Assembly (NCBI GenBank): GCA_902515175.1
Contig: CABXTP010000001.1
Coordinates: 1 to 58,988 of the forward strand
Direction: 5' to 3'
Length of the DNA stretch: 58,988 nt
From: an uncultured Pelagibacteraceae bacterium
Lineage (GTDB): Bacteria; Pseudomonadota; Alphaproteobacteria; Pelagibacterales; Pelagibacteraceae
The notes beneath the pieces were generated by a model. That model saw only the letters and a list, made by a program, of their open reading frames with translations, was not told the DNA's origin and made no database searches. The position numbers and the translations under genes were made by a program. Positions 48,224 through 58,477 of the stretch are shown here, one piece after another; the stretch's first letter is position 1, and each line of letters begins with the position of its first letter.

Positions 48224-49918
48224 ATGGAAATTAACACAAAAATTGGTCAAAAAATTAAGGTTTTTAGAAAAAAACTAGGATTGCAAGCAAACAAATTAGC
48301 TGAACAATTATCCATTTCTGCAAGTTATTTAAATTTAATTGAAAGTGGAAAAAGAAATATAGACGCTGATTTACTTCTTAAAATTTGTCAAGAATTACGA
48401 ATTGAATTATCTGACCTCAAAAGTGAAAAAGATCTAGATATTAGAAATTCAAAAATTGCAATCACAAAATTTTCCTCAAAAAATAATCTTAATGTGTCTG
48501 ATTTGAAAATTGGTCCTAAGATTAAAGCCTTTAGGAGGCAGTTAGGACTTCAGGCTAATACATTTGCACAGCAAATAAATATTTCTCCTAGCTATCTAAA
48601 TCTAATTGAGGCAGGGAAAAGAAAAATTGATGGCAATCTTTTAATAAAAATTAGCAAAGAATTAAGAGTCGAACTTTCAGATTTAACCAGTAAAAGTGAT
48701 ATCAATTTGGAAAATAATATTTCTGAGCTTTTAGATGATCAATTATTTGAAGATCTAGATATTTTAGGACCAGAAGTAAAAGATTTAGTTAACACAAATC
48801 CAAAAATCGCTCGAGCTCTTATTAAATTAGGAGATAATTTTCGACAAAAGGATCATGAAATAGTAAGTAAAGTTGAAAATATTTCAGGAAAAATTATTGA
48901 TAGTAGAAAGACATCCTTTCCAGGAGAAGTAATATCTGATTTTCTTCAAGAAAATAAAAACTATTTTCCTAAACTGGAAGAGTTTGCAAATTTTATTTTT
49001 GAAAAAGTTCAAAAAAATAATAGAACAAGATATATAGCCTTGTGCGATTTTTTGAAAAAAGAATATTCAATTACTGTAAAAGATATAATTCCAGAGGAAA
49101 AAAAACCATTTTCAAAAATTTTTAATAAACAAAAAAAAGAACTTCTCTTGAGTGATTATAATTCTCTTGAGACAAAAAAATTACATGCAGCAGCACAAAT
49201 AGCGCAAGAAGGTGCATTGAATATAATCGATAATTACTTGTCAAAGTTTAATTTTCCTTCTAGTGAGTCTAAAAGATTAACCCAGATTGCTTTATTAAAT
49301 TATTGTGGTGCAGCTATTTTGATGCCGTATAAACTTTTTCATTCCGAATGTAAAAAGTTAAAATATGATTTACAGCTTCTACAAAATACATTTGCCACAT
49401 CATTTGAACAAGTTGCTCACAGAGTTACATGTCTTCAAGATCCAAAATTGCCTGGAATTCCGTTCCATATGTTAAGAACTGATATCGCAGGCAATATTTC
49501 AAAAAGGTTTTCTTTATCAGGAATAGAAATTCCAAGATACGGTGGAGCATGTCCTAGATGGAATGTTTATTCAGCTTTTACTAGGCCGGGAGTAATTCAA
49601 GCGGCTGTCAGTAAAATGACTAATGGAGAAAAATATGTGTGTATTGCAAGAACAGTAGAAAAAGGTGTTGGCAGGTACGGGCAATCTAAAAGTATTTTAT
49701 CTATCGGTCTAGGCTGTGAGGCAAAATATGCTAAAGAGTTTGTTTATACAGAAAATTTGGATATATCTGATAAAAAAACAGAAATTCCTATAGGTGTTTC
49801 TTGTAGAACCTGCGATAGATTAGATTGTTCACAAAGAGCTTTTCCTCCGTTACACAAGAAATTTGATGTTGATATAAACACTAGAGGTGTATCAGTTTAT
49901 GTTAACGATAATAATTGA
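48224..49918 (+). CDS. ramB: Short-chain fatty acyl-CoA regulator (ScfR/RamB family) with two XRE HTH domains
   Basis: Duplicated IG.KI..FR...GL.....A....IS.SYLNLIE.GKR; MPY..F, SFEQVAHR, D.AGNISKRFS, GGACPRW, PIG.SCR.CDR.DC.QRAFP. Confidence 0.88.
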   Translation: MEINTKIGQKIKVFRKKLGLQANKLAEQLSISASYLNLIESGKRNIDADLLLKICQELRIELSDLKSEKDLDIRNSKIAITKFSSKNNLNVSDLKIGPKIKAFRRQLGLQANTFAQQINISPSYLNLIEAGKRKIDGNLLIKISKELRVELSDLTSKSDINLENNISELLDDQLFEDLDILGPEVKDLVNTNPKIARALIKLGDNFRQKDHEIVSKVENISGKIIDSRKTSFPGEVISDFLQENKNYFPKLEEFANFIFEKVQKNNRTRYIALCDFLKKEYSITVKDIIPEEKKPFSKIFNKQKKELLLSDYNSLETKKLHAAAQIAQEGALNIIDNYLSKFNFPSSESKRLTQIALLNYCGAAILMPYKLFHSECKKLKYDLQLLQNTFATSFEQVAHRVTCLQDPKLPGIPFHMLRTDIAGNISKRFSLSGIEIPRYGGACPRWNVYSAFTRPGVIQAAVSKMTNGEKYVCIARTVEKGVGRYGQSKSILSIGLGCEAKYAKEFVYTENLDISDKKTEIPIGVSCRTCDRLDCSQRAFPPLHKKFDVDINTRGVSVYVNDNN

Positions 49919-49927
49919 TTAAATTAT

Positions 49928-50092
49928 ATGATAAAATTTATTGTACCTGCAGTCGTTATTTTTCTCTTAATACTTTTTTGGGAAAAAATTAGCGAAATAA
50001 TCTACAAAAAATTTAAGCTTAAGATTAATTATATCGCATTAGTTATTCTAATTGTTTTTTTTGTTATAGTTGTGTTTTTACTGTATTTTTAA
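49928..50092 (+). CDS. Small two-TM membrane protein (54 aa), not in ORF track
   Basis: MIKFIVPAVVIFLLILFWEKISEIIYKKFKLKINYIALVILIVFFVIVVFLLYF*; fills the gap between co-oriented genes. Confidence 0.55.
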   Translation: MIKFIVPAVVIFLLILFWEKISEIIYKKFKLKINYIALVILIVFFVIVVFLLYF

Positions 50093-50110
50093 ATTTTACA
50101 AATAAATTCA

Positions 50111-50677
50111 ATGATAAAAATATTAAAAAAAAAATTAAAGCAAGTAATAAGAGAACGGATTAAAAAAAATAAACAGATTATTTCTAAAAATATCGGAGAT
50201 TTTTTTGATTGGGTTAAAGGAGCTGAATTGATAGAACTTAAGAAATGCAATGTTGAGGAAGATCCTGTCAGACCAGAATTAGATAATGTTTTTCGAAGAA
50301 GCTATGGGAGAAAAATTTATGGTGTTAAATATGGTGGCGAAATTCATGCTGTTATGTGTTTTGCATATACAAATCAAATTCCCAAGAATGTAGAAGAATT
50401 AGAAAAATTTAGCCATGATGCTTATTTACAAAGCGCACAACGAGATCAAAACATTGGCAGAATTGCAATTGCCTATACAGTCTGGTCGAAAAAAAAAGGT
50501 GGGGGAAAATTAATCGTTAAAGAAGTATTTAAAAAAATTAAAAAGTCAAATCATTTAAATAGACTAATTACACTTTCACCACTTACACAAATGGCAACAA
50601 AATTTCACAGTAGAAATGGTGCTAAACTTTTACAAATTAATGAAACAACTCAAAATTTTGAATATAAAATTATTTAA
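50111..50677 (+). CDS. Hypothetical protein, possible GNAT-like fold
   Basis: EDPVRPEL, AIAYTVWS.KKGGG, TLSP.T.MA.KFH..NGA. Confidence 0.7.
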   Translation: MIKILKKKLKQVIRERIKKNKQIISKNIGDFFDWVKGAELIELKKCNVEEDPVRPELDNVFRRSYGRKIYGVKYGGEIHAVMCFAYTNQIPKNVEELEKFSHDAYLQSAQRDQNIGRIAIAYTVWSKKKGGGKLIVKEVFKKIKKSNHLNRLITLSPLTQMATKFHSRNGAKLLQINETTQNFEYKII

Positions 50678-50728
50678 ATATACAATCTTTTTTATTTTTT
50701 TTTAACATATAATTGTTTATCAATAGAG

Positions 50729-51727
50729 ATGGATAAAAATTCATATCATCATTTGCCTGATGGCACATTTAGAAATCCTGAAGGATCCCCAAAAAGAGAT
50801 GAAAATATTAAATGGTCTTATAAAGTTTTTAATCAAGAGAGAAAAAAACTTGATATGACTGTTCCAAAAGATCATTTTATAAACAAAGATATAGTATTAT
50901 CTAATTTAAAAAAATTTCAAAATGATGACTATATTTTATGGATTGGTCATGCAACATTTATTATCAAATTAGGACAAACAACAATTATAACAGATCCGGT
51001 TTTTTCTAAAAATGCTGGTCCATTAATATTTGGACCTAAGAGATTTACTAAGCCAGCATTAGATTTAAACGAGATTCCTAAAATTGATTAATTTTTACTT
51101 ACCCATAATCATTATGATCATCAAGATATGGCAACTATTAGAAAATTTCCTTTTAAAAAAGCAAAAGTTTTACTTCCACTAAAACTTGGAAAATATTTTA
51201 GTAAAAATGGTTACAAAGATATTAATGAAATGGATTGGTATGATGAGATAATTGTAAATGAAAATTTAAAAATTACATTCCTCCCCGCAGTCCATTGGTC
51301 GAAAAGAAGTTTAACAGATACAAACAAATCATTGTGGGGTAATTTTCTTATAGAATATAATAAAAAAAGAATTCTGTTTGCTTGCGATACTGGAATTGGC
51401 GAAATTTATAAAAAATTAGGAGAGATATATGGACCAATTGACCTTACTTTAATTAATATTGGAGCATATAATTTTTATCCAATCATGCCTTATAAAGATA
51501 AGTCAGTTTACCACACAAATCCAGAAGAAGCTCTTAGCATCGGAAGAGATTTGAATAGCAAAAAAGTAATAGGAATGCATTGGGGCACTTTTGTTTTATC
51601 TTTAGAACCCATAATGGAACCTCCAATAAGATTTAAAGAAAACGCTGAAAAATTTGGTTATAACAAGGAAGATACAATTATTTTTAAAATTGGCGAGATA
51701 AGTAAATTAAAAGATATAGTTGAGTAA
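50729..51727 (+). pseudogene. MBL-fold metallohydrolase (NAPE-PLD/RomA-like) with an in-frame TAA at 51089-51091
   Basis: WIGHATF, TDPVFS, then PKID*FLLTHNHYDHQD in the same frame, then PAVHWS.R, FACDTG, IGAY, HTNPEEA, MHWGTF.L..EP. Confidence 0.85.
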
Positions 51728-51728
51728 A

Positions 51729-52628
51729 ATGAGTAATAAAAAATTTAGAGACATGGTCGGTTATGGTTCAAAGGGTAAAAAAATTTCTTGGCCTAAAAAT
51801 GAAAAATTAGCTCTTCAATTTGTCCTTAACTATGAGGAAGGAGGAGAAAATTGTGTATTAAATGGAGACAAATATTCTGAAACTTTTTTATCTGAAATAA
51901 TTGGTGCAAAAGCGATTAAAGGAAGAAACATAAGCATGGAGTCTATTTATGAATATGGATCAAGAGCAGGTTTTTGGAGAGTGGATAAACTTTTTAGAGA
52001 AAAAGAGATACCAGCTACAATTTTTGGAGTAGGGTTAGCATTAAAAAATAACCCGGATGTTTGTGAAGCCATCAAAACAGGAAATTATGAAATTGCAGCA
52101 CATGGTTATAGATGGATTGATTATCAAAATGTCAAAAAATCTATTGAAAAAAAACATATGCAACAAGCAATTAAAACAATTAAAGAAATATTTGGCTCAA
52201 GACCTCTTGGTTGGTACACAGGAAGATGTAGTCCAAATACAAGAGACTTAGTTTTTGAAGAAGGAAATTTCTTATATGATAGCGACTCTTATAATGATGA
52301 TTTACCTTATTGGGAGTTCAGGGGTAAAAAAAAACAACTCATAATTCCTTATACATTGGACAACAATGATATGAGATTCGCAACAAATCAAGGCTTTAAT
52401 ACTGGTGACCACTTTTTCAATTATTTAAAAGATAGTTTTGATACGTTATATAATGAGGGAAAAACTTATCCAAAAATGATGTCAGTTGGTTTACATTGTA
52501 GATTAATTGGGAGACCAGGCAGATTTCAATCATTAAAAAAATTTATAGATTACGTTTTAACTTTTGATGATATTTGGATTTGTAAAAGAATTGATATAGC
52601 AAAACATTGGATCAAACATTACTCATAA
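51729..52628 (+). CDS. puuE: Allantoinase PuuE (polysaccharide deacetylase fold)
   Basis: RD.VGYG, QFVLNYEEGGE, ESIYEYGSRAGFWR, HGYRWI, GWYTGR, PYTLDNNDMRF, GLHCRL.GRPGR. Confidence 0.93.
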   Translation: MSNKKFRDMVGYGSKGKKISWPKNEKLALQFVLNYEEGGENCVLNGDKYSETFLSEIIGAKAIKGRNISMESIYEYGSRAGFWRVDKLFREKEIPATIFGVGLALKNNPDVCEAIKTGNYEIAAHGYRWIDYQNVKKSIEKKHMQQAIKTIKEIFGSRPLGWYTGRCSPNTRDLVFEEGNFLYDSDSYNDDLPYWEFRGKKKQLIIPYTLDNNDMRFATNQGFNTGDHFFNYLKDSFDTLYNEGKTYPKMMSVGLHCRLIGRPGRFQSLKKFIDYVLTFDDIWICKRIDIAKHWIKHYS

Positions 52629-52632
52629 GATT

Positions 52633-53616
52633 ATGAAAAATAAGGTTATATTTAAAAACAATTTGATTGATCTTGCCCAACCAAGATTGGGCACCAAGAT
52701 CATTTTTAAAACTGATGATTTTTTTGCATCTGCTAACAGAATAATAAGTCCATCAATACCAATTTTTAAGGAAGGTGTTTTTGATAAAAATGGAAAATGG
52801 ATGGACGGCTGGGAGTCAAGGAGAAAAAGATCAAAAGGTCATGATCACATAATTCTAAAATTAGGTAAACCAGGAAAAATTAGTAAAGTAGACGTTGACA
52901 CTTCCCACTTTAATGGCAATCAACCATCAATGATTTCAATTGAGGGAACTAATTCTTTTTCTAAAAATAAAAATTTAAAATGGCATACTTTACTTTCAAA
53001 GAAAAAAATAAAAGCTAATAGCCATCATTATTTCAATTTAAGAAATAATAAAATTTTTTCTCACATAAAATTTAATATTTTTCCTGATGGGGGTGTTGCA
53101 AGATTAAGGTTACTCGGCTCTATATCTAAAAATAAAAAAGTTATTAATAAGAAAATAAATCTTGCATCTTTACTTTATGGGGCCTCAGTAGTTGCGTGTA
53201 ATAATGAGCATTTTGGAAAAGCGGAAAATATATTAGCCCCAGGAAAAGCAAAAAATATGGGCGATGGCTGGGAGACTCGTAGACGAAGAGATAAAGGTTT
53301 TGATTGGTTAATTGTAAATTGTGTTGACGGCAAAGAAATAAAAAATATTGAAATTTCAACACATCACTTTAAGGGTAATTTTCCAAGTCACTGCTCTATA
53401 CAAGCCGCTCATTTATCACCATCTAAAAACTTTAATCAAATTGTAAAGTCTTCATCAAATTGGAAATATCTATTAAAAAAATCAAAATTATTTGCAAATA
53501 AAACACATATTTTTAAAAACATAATGATGAAAAAAGACAAAATTAATCATATTAAAATTAATATCTTCCCTGATGGTGGAATTTCTAGATTGAGAATTTT
53601 TGGAAAAGCCACATGA
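52633..53616 (+). CDS. alc: Allantoicase
   Basis: TDDFFA, GKWMDGWESRR.R, DTSHF.GN, PDGGVARLR, NMGDGWETRRRR. Confidence 0.95.
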   Translation: MKNKVIFKNNLIDLAQPRLGTKIIFKTDDFFASANRIISPSIPIFKEGVFDKNGKWMDGWESRRKRSKGHDHIILKLGKPGKISKVDVDTSHFNGNQPSMISIEGTNSFSKNKNLKWHTLLSKKKIKANSHHYFNLRNNKIFSHIKFNIFPDGGVARLRLLGSISKNKKVINKKINLASLLYGASVVACNNEHFGKAENILAPGKAKNMGDGWETRRRRDKGFDWLIVNCVDGKEIKNIEISTHHFKGNFPSHCSIQAAHLSPSKNFNQIVKSSSNWKYLLKKSKLFANKTHIFKNIMMKKDKINHIKINIFPDGGISRLRIFGKAT

Positions 53617-54116
53617 AAAATTTAAAGATTAAACCAAAACTTATTACTAGAGCTAATTTTAAAAAATTTGGTGATATGATTACTACAGCAGATATTAAAC
53701 CTTTAGAAATTAATAATGGCTATGCAAAAAGATATGACGATATAGCCAAACTTGATACAAAAAAAGAAAATGGAGATTCTACAATTAGTATATTTTCTGC
53801 TTTAAAAAGATCATTTCCAATGAAAATAGATATGATGGAAAAACATCCTTTAGGTAGTCAAGCTTTTATACCCATGAAAGAAACCACATTTTTATCTTTT
53901 GTTGCGCTTGGAGGAGACGAACCTGATCTAACATTAGTGGAAGCTTTTATAATTCCAAAAGGAATTGGAATTAATTACAATCCAGGAGTATGGCATTTTC
54001 CATTAATATCAACAGAGGATATGAATTTTTTGGTTGTTGATAGAAAAGGCAGTGGAAATAATCTTGTAATTCATAACTTAGCAACTGAAAACATCACTAT
54101 AGATTTTCAATCTTAA
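53613..54116 (+). CDS. allA: Ureidoglycolate lyase
   Basis: F..FGD.I, IN.G.A.R, MEKHPLGSQAFIP, G.NY..GVWH.PL, FLVVDR. Confidence 0.93.
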   Translation: MKNLKIKPKLITRANFKKFGDMITTADIKPLEINNGYAKRYDDIAKLDTKKENGDSTISIFSALKRSFPMKIDMMEKHPLGSQAFIPMKETTFLSFVALGGDEPDLTLVEAFIIPKGIGINYNPGVWHFPLISTEDMNFLVVDRKGSGNNLVIHNLATENITIDFQS

Positions 54117-55009
54117 TGAGCGATATAACTATTCTTGGAATATTTGTAGCTGATATAAGTTTTTTAGGTGATAAAATTCCTGTGTCTGGTGAAACTATTC
54201 TTGGTGATGAATATAATATTGGACCAGGTGGCAAAGGGTGCAATCAAGCAATAGCTATTTCAAGACTTGGGGGAAAAGTAAATTTTATCTCTAAATTAGG
54301 TAAGGATGAATATGGAAAACTTGCTTTAAGTAAACTAAGAAAAGATAATATTGATACGTCTGATATTGTTATTTCAGAAAAACATAAGACAGGTGTTGCT
54401 GGAATCCACATTGATAGAAATACTGGCAAAAATGCAATAACTGTTATTAGAGGTGCTCCCTCTAGTTTAAAAATAAAAGAAATTAATATTGATAAAATTA
54501 AAAGATCAAAAGCATTTTTAACACAATTAGAAATTCCTTTGGATGTTACTTTGCATTGTTTAAAGATTGCTAAGGATAATGGATTAACAAATATTTTAAA
54601 TCCAGCCCCCGCATGTGAATTAAAAAATGAATTTTTTGAATTAGTTGATTATTTCACTCCCAATGAAAGCGAGGCTGAATTTTACACTGGTGTTAAAATT
54701 AATAATGAAATTGATGCAAAAAAAAGTGCAAAAAAGCTTTTAAAAATGGGGATTAAAAATGTAATAATAACTTTGGGAGAAAAAGGTGTTTTCTTCTCAA
54801 ATGGCAAGGAGGAAATTTATATTAAAGCAATTCAGGCTAAAGCTATTGATACAACAGGTGCTGGGGATGCATTTAATGGAAGTTTTTCATTAGCTTTAGT
54901 TAAAGGTCAAAAGATTAGAGAGTGTTTAGAATTTGCAAATAAAGTTGCTGGTTTATCGACCACAAGATTAGGAGCTGGCGACTCAATGCCAATCTTAAAA
55001 GAATTATAG
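54116..55009 (+). CDS. rbsK: Ribokinase (PfkB family)
   Basis: PGGKG.NQA, QLEIP, NPAPA, TPNESE, DTTGAGDAFNG. Confidence 0.9.
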   Translation: MSDITILGIFVADISFLGDKIPVSGETILGDEYNIGPGGKGCNQAIAISRLGGKVNFISKLGKDEYGKLALSKLRKDNIDTSDIVISEKHKTGVAGIHIDRNTGKNAITVIRGAPSSLKIKEINIDKIKRSKAFLTQLEIPLDVTLHCLKIAKDNGLTNILNPAPACELKNEFFELVDYFTPNESEAEFYTGVKINNEIDAKKSAKKLLKMGIKNVIITLGEKGVFFSNGKEEIYIKAIQAKAIDTTGAGDAFNGSFSLALVKGQKIRECLEFANKVAGLSTTRLGAGDSMPILKEL

Positions 55010-55026
55010 ATTGATAACTAAAAAAA

Positions 55027-55060
55027 TAAAGCCCGACAACTTTTTAGTTATCGGGCTTTA
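55027..55060. terminator. Bidirectional terminator hairpin between rbsK and the NCS1 gene
   Basis: TAAAGCCCGACAAC...GTTATCGGGCTTTA inverted repeat with A/T-rich flanks. Confidence 0.8.
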
Positions 55061-55073
55061 AAGTTATTTTTGA

Positions 55074-56525
55074 TTATTTTCTAGATGATATAGCTAAATG
55101 AATAACTGCACCTAAAGATGCCCCAATTATCCATGCATATCCTCCACCACCACCTAAATTAGCGAAGAAATCATCAAGTCCCATGAATAGAATATTTGGC
55201 CATACCGTACCAACAGCTATATATCCTGAAAGTACCCAAGCTAACATTCCTTTTCCATTGAAACCACCATTGTAATGATACTTGCCGCTCGGTGAGTCAC
55301 TAAATAAATCATCAACATCTAATTTTTGTTTTTTGATTATATAGTAATCAGTAATCATTATACCAAACACAGGAGCTAGAATAGCACCTAATGTGTTTAC
55401 AAATGGAAACATTCCCATTTGAGTGATTACTGCAACCCACATACCACCAATAACAAAACCAAAACCAGCAGTTATTAAACCACCAATTCTAAAATTGATT
55501 TTGCTTGGCATTAAGTTTGCAAGGTCATATGCAGGAGGTATAAAGTTTGCAACCATATTAATACCAACTGTTGCTGCAAAGAATGCAAATGCTGCAACAA
55601 TAGTTAATATAATATTGTCTACTTTAGCTACCATATCTGTTGGACTTGCTACATATTCTCCAAAAATAGCAATAGTTCCACCAGTGATCATTAAAGTGAT
55701 AAAAGAGAAGAAAATAACGTTACCTACTAATCCCCAAAGATTTCCTTTTTTCATCTCATCTTCACTTTTAACAAATCTTGCAAAGTCACCAAAGTTAATT
55801 ACTACAGCAGCAAAGTATCCTACCATAATTGAGAATACTGCAAGAAAAGCACCAAAAGATCCCAAACCTTCAAATCCACCTGATCTTGTTCCTCCAGAAA
55901 ATATCTCACCAACTTCTGATAAAAGATTTCCTCCAGCTTTGAACCAGATTACTAGCATCAACAGAACCATAACTACATATACTGCTGGGCCTGCAAAGTT
56001 TAAAAATCTTTTTACAAGATCTATACCTTGCCAGAATAAGTAAACTTGAAACCCCGACACAAATATAAATGATACCCACATAACACCTGTCATTCCTAAA
56101 AACATTTCAGTGCCTGGGTTACCAGTAATAGCTGTAATTAAAAGTGCAACAGCAGTAGAAGCAGCATAAGTTTGAGCTCCATACCAGAACATAGCCACAA
56201 GTCCTCTTGCCATCGCAGGAAAGTTTGCACCAAACACACCCATACTTACCCTTGCAAAGACTGGATAAGGTATTCCGTGTTTTACACTTGGTTTCCCTGA
56301 CAAATTTACAAGCCACATAATAAAAAAGCCAGCAAGTATTAATGCTAAAAATACAGCCCAACCATTTAATCCTGAAGCTAAAAATAATGATGCTGCTAAA
56401 GTATACCCAAATAAACTTTGAACATCATTTGCCCATACGTTGAAAATTTCGAACCATCCCCAATTTTTTTTATTTGTTGGAGTTGGTGCCAAATCTGCAT
56501 TGTAGAGCGATTTTGATTTACTCAT
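55074..56525 (-). CDS. NCS1 family nucleobase:cation symporter (allantoin/uracil permease-like)
   Basis: LYN.DLAP, W.NDV.SL.GY, GIPYPV..R.S.G..GA, NFGDF.R, GIN.VANF; GGAGG RBS supports ATG 56525. Confidence 0.92.
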   Translation of the reverse strand: MSKSKSLYNADLAPTPTNKKNWGWFEIFNVWANDVQSLFGYTLAASLFLASGLNGWAVFLALILAGFFIMWLVNLSGKPSVKHGIPYPVFARVSMGVFGANFPAMARGLVAMFWYGAQTYAASTAVALLITAITGNPGTEMFLGMTGVMWVSFIFVSGFQVYLFWQGIDLVKRFLNFAGPAVYVVMVLLMLVIWFKAGGNLLSEVGEIFSGGTRSGGFEGLGSFGAFLAVFSIMVGYFAAVVINFGDFARFVKSEDEMKKGNLWGLVGNVIFFSFITLMITGGTIAIFGEYVASPTDMVAKVDNIILTIVAAFAFFAATVGINMVANFIPPAYDLANLMPSKINFRIGGLITAGFGFVIGGMWVAVITQMGMFPFVNTLGAILAPVFGIMITDYYIIKKQKLDVDDLFSDSPSGKYHYNGGFNGKGMLAWVLSGYIAVGTVWPNILFMGLDDFFANLGGGGGYAWIIGASLGAVIHLAISSRK

Positions 56526-56680
56526 ATTTCCTCCCATGTTTCACAACTTTTAAACTTTAGATAAATTGATTAGGTTAGTCTAGCACTTTATGACACAAAT
56601 AACATTAGATGTGTTCAACTTGAGCCAAAATCACAAAATTCTTTATTTAGCATACTTATAAAATACGATAATATATCATC

Positions 56681-57229
56681 ATGAAGAAAATCTTTTTAAC
56701 ATTAATTATTTTTTTAACTTTTATTAATTACTCATATTCCAATGAAAGAACAATTCAATTAGATAAATTATTTGAGAGACTTCAATTAAGTGATGCCGAT
56801 TTGTCATATGGAATTGAACAAAAAATTTGGGAATTGTGGAGTACTCATCCATCAGATCAAAATTTAACTTTAAAGTTAAGTGAGGGATCTAAATTAGTGA
56901 GGGAACAACAATTAATAAAAGCAAAAAAAATTTTTAGCGATGTTATTAAACTAGACCCAGAGTGGGCAGAGGCATGGAATAAAAGAGCAACAGTTTTATA
57001 TTTGTTGGGAGACTATCAAGCTTCTCAAAATGATATCGATAAGGTTTTGATTTTAGAGAAAAGACATTTTGGAGCATTAGCTGGACAAGGTTTAGTAAAT
57101 ATAAAACTCGAGAACTTTGAAAAAGCTATTGAAAGTTATAAAAAAGCTCAAGAAATATATCCAGCAATGCAATCTCCAAAAATAATGATTGATCAAATAA
57201 AAGAATTGATTAAACGTGAACTTATTTGA
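56681..57229 (+). CDS. Exported TPR-repeat protein
   Basis: Signal peptide; P.WAEAWNKRAT..Y, RHFGALAG.G. Confidence 0.88.
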   Translation: MKKIFLTLIIFLTFINYSYSNERTIQLDKLFERLQLSDADLSYGIEQKIWELWSTHPSDQNLTLKLSEGSKLVREQQLIKAKKIFSDVIKLDPEWAEAWNKRATVLYLLGDYQASQNDIDKVLILEKRHFGALAGQGLVNIKLENFEKAIESYKKAQEIYPAMQSPKIMIDQIKELIKRELI

Positions 57230-57264
57230 CTTAACACAGTTGCAACTATAGCTAATTAATAAAT

Positions 57265-57288
57265 ATTATTACTTTATAAAGTAATAAT
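57265..57288. repeat. Perfect 24-bp palindrome upstream of the ADH gene
   Basis: ATTATTACTTTATAAAGTAATAAT. Confidence 0.5.
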
Positions 57289-57313
57289 TTCTTAATACAC
57301 TAAAACTTATTAA

Positions 57314-58477
57314 ATGCTTAAAAATAATTGGAATTATCCCACTTTAATGTGGGTTGGAGCTAATAGAGTTGCAGAGCTTAATATTGCTTGTAAGGAATTA
57401 GGTATAAAAAAAGCTCTTTTAGTTACAGATAATGAATTATGTAAATTAGATATAATTCAAAAAGCTTTGTTTAATTTAAAAAAAAAGTGGGTTGGTGTTG
57501 AATTGTATTCAGATGTAAAAGGAAACCCCACGGGCACAAATGTAAAGAATGGCGTAAAATTTTATAATAAAAATAATTGCGATGGTGTAATAGCTTTTGG
57601 GGGAGGCAGTGCTCTGGATGTAGGAAAAGCAATAGCGTTTATGGTAAGTCAAAAATTACCCTTATGGGAATTTGAAGATGTAGGAGAAAACTGGACTAAA
57701 GCCTATTCAAATGGAATTTCACCAATTATTGCTATTCCAACAACAGCAGGTACTGGATCAGAAACTGGAAGAGCAGTTGTGATTTTAAATGAAGATACAG
57801 GCATTAAAAAGATTATTTTCCATCCAAAAATGCTACCCTCTATTGTCATACTTGATCCTGTTTTAACATTAGGATTACCCTCAAAAATTACAGCAGCAAC
57901 TGGAATGGATGCATTATCACATAATCTAGAGGCTTATTGCGCACCAGGATATCATCCTATGGCAGATGGAATTGCTATAGAGGGAATTAGAATAATTAAA
58001 AGATGGTTGCCTGAAGCATTTAGAAATGGTTCAAATTTAGAGGCGAGAGCAAATATGTTAACAGCTGCAAGCATGGGCTCGACCGCGTTTCAGAAAGGAT
58101 TAGGCGGTATTCATTCTTTAAGTCATCCAGTAAATGCTTTAAATAATATTCATCATGGCTTATCAAATGCAATATTTATGCCTTATGTTTTAACATTCAA
58201 TAGAGATGTTATTGAAGAAAAAATAATAAAACTTTGCAATTTTATAGAGCTAGATGATCGATCTTTTAACGGATTTATTAAATGGGTTTTAGATTTAAGA
58301 AAAGAATTAAAAATACCTCACAAATTATCAGATGTGATAAAGGATAAAGATATATTAATAGACAAGTTATCAAAAATGGCTTTAGAAGACCCATCTACTA
58401 GCGGTAATCCAAAAAAATTGACAGAGAAAGATATGAAATTAATGTATCAAAACAGTATGTCTGGAAATTTATTCTAA
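57314..58477 (+). CDS. Iron-containing alcohol dehydrogenase
   Basis: GGGSALD.GK, PTTAGTGSE, GMDALSH..EAY, GGIHSLSHP, HHGL.NA. Confidence 0.93.
   Translation: MLKNNWNYPTLMWVGANRVAELNIACKELGIKKALLVTDNELCKLDIIQKALFNLKKKWVGVELYSDVKGNPTGTNVKNGVKFYNKNNCDGVIAFGGGSALDVGKAIAFMVSQKLPLWEFEDVGENWTKAYSNGISPIIAIPTTAGTGSETGRAVVILNEDTGIKKIIFHPKMLPSIVILDPVLTLGLPSKITAATGMDALSHNLEAYCAPGYHPMADGIAIEGIRIIKRWLPEAFRNGSNLEARANMLTAASMGSTAFQKGLGGIHSLSHPVNALNNIHHGLSNAIFMPYVLTFNRDVIEEKIIKLCNFIELDDRSFNGFIKWVLDLRKELKIPHKLSDVIKDKDILIDKLSKMALEDPSTSGNPKKLTEKDMKLMYQNSMSGNLF

Noticed and set aside
55423-56043. 206-aa plus-strand ORF
   Set aside because: Entirely antisense to the well-supported NCS1 permease; typical shadow ORF of a hydrophobic gene
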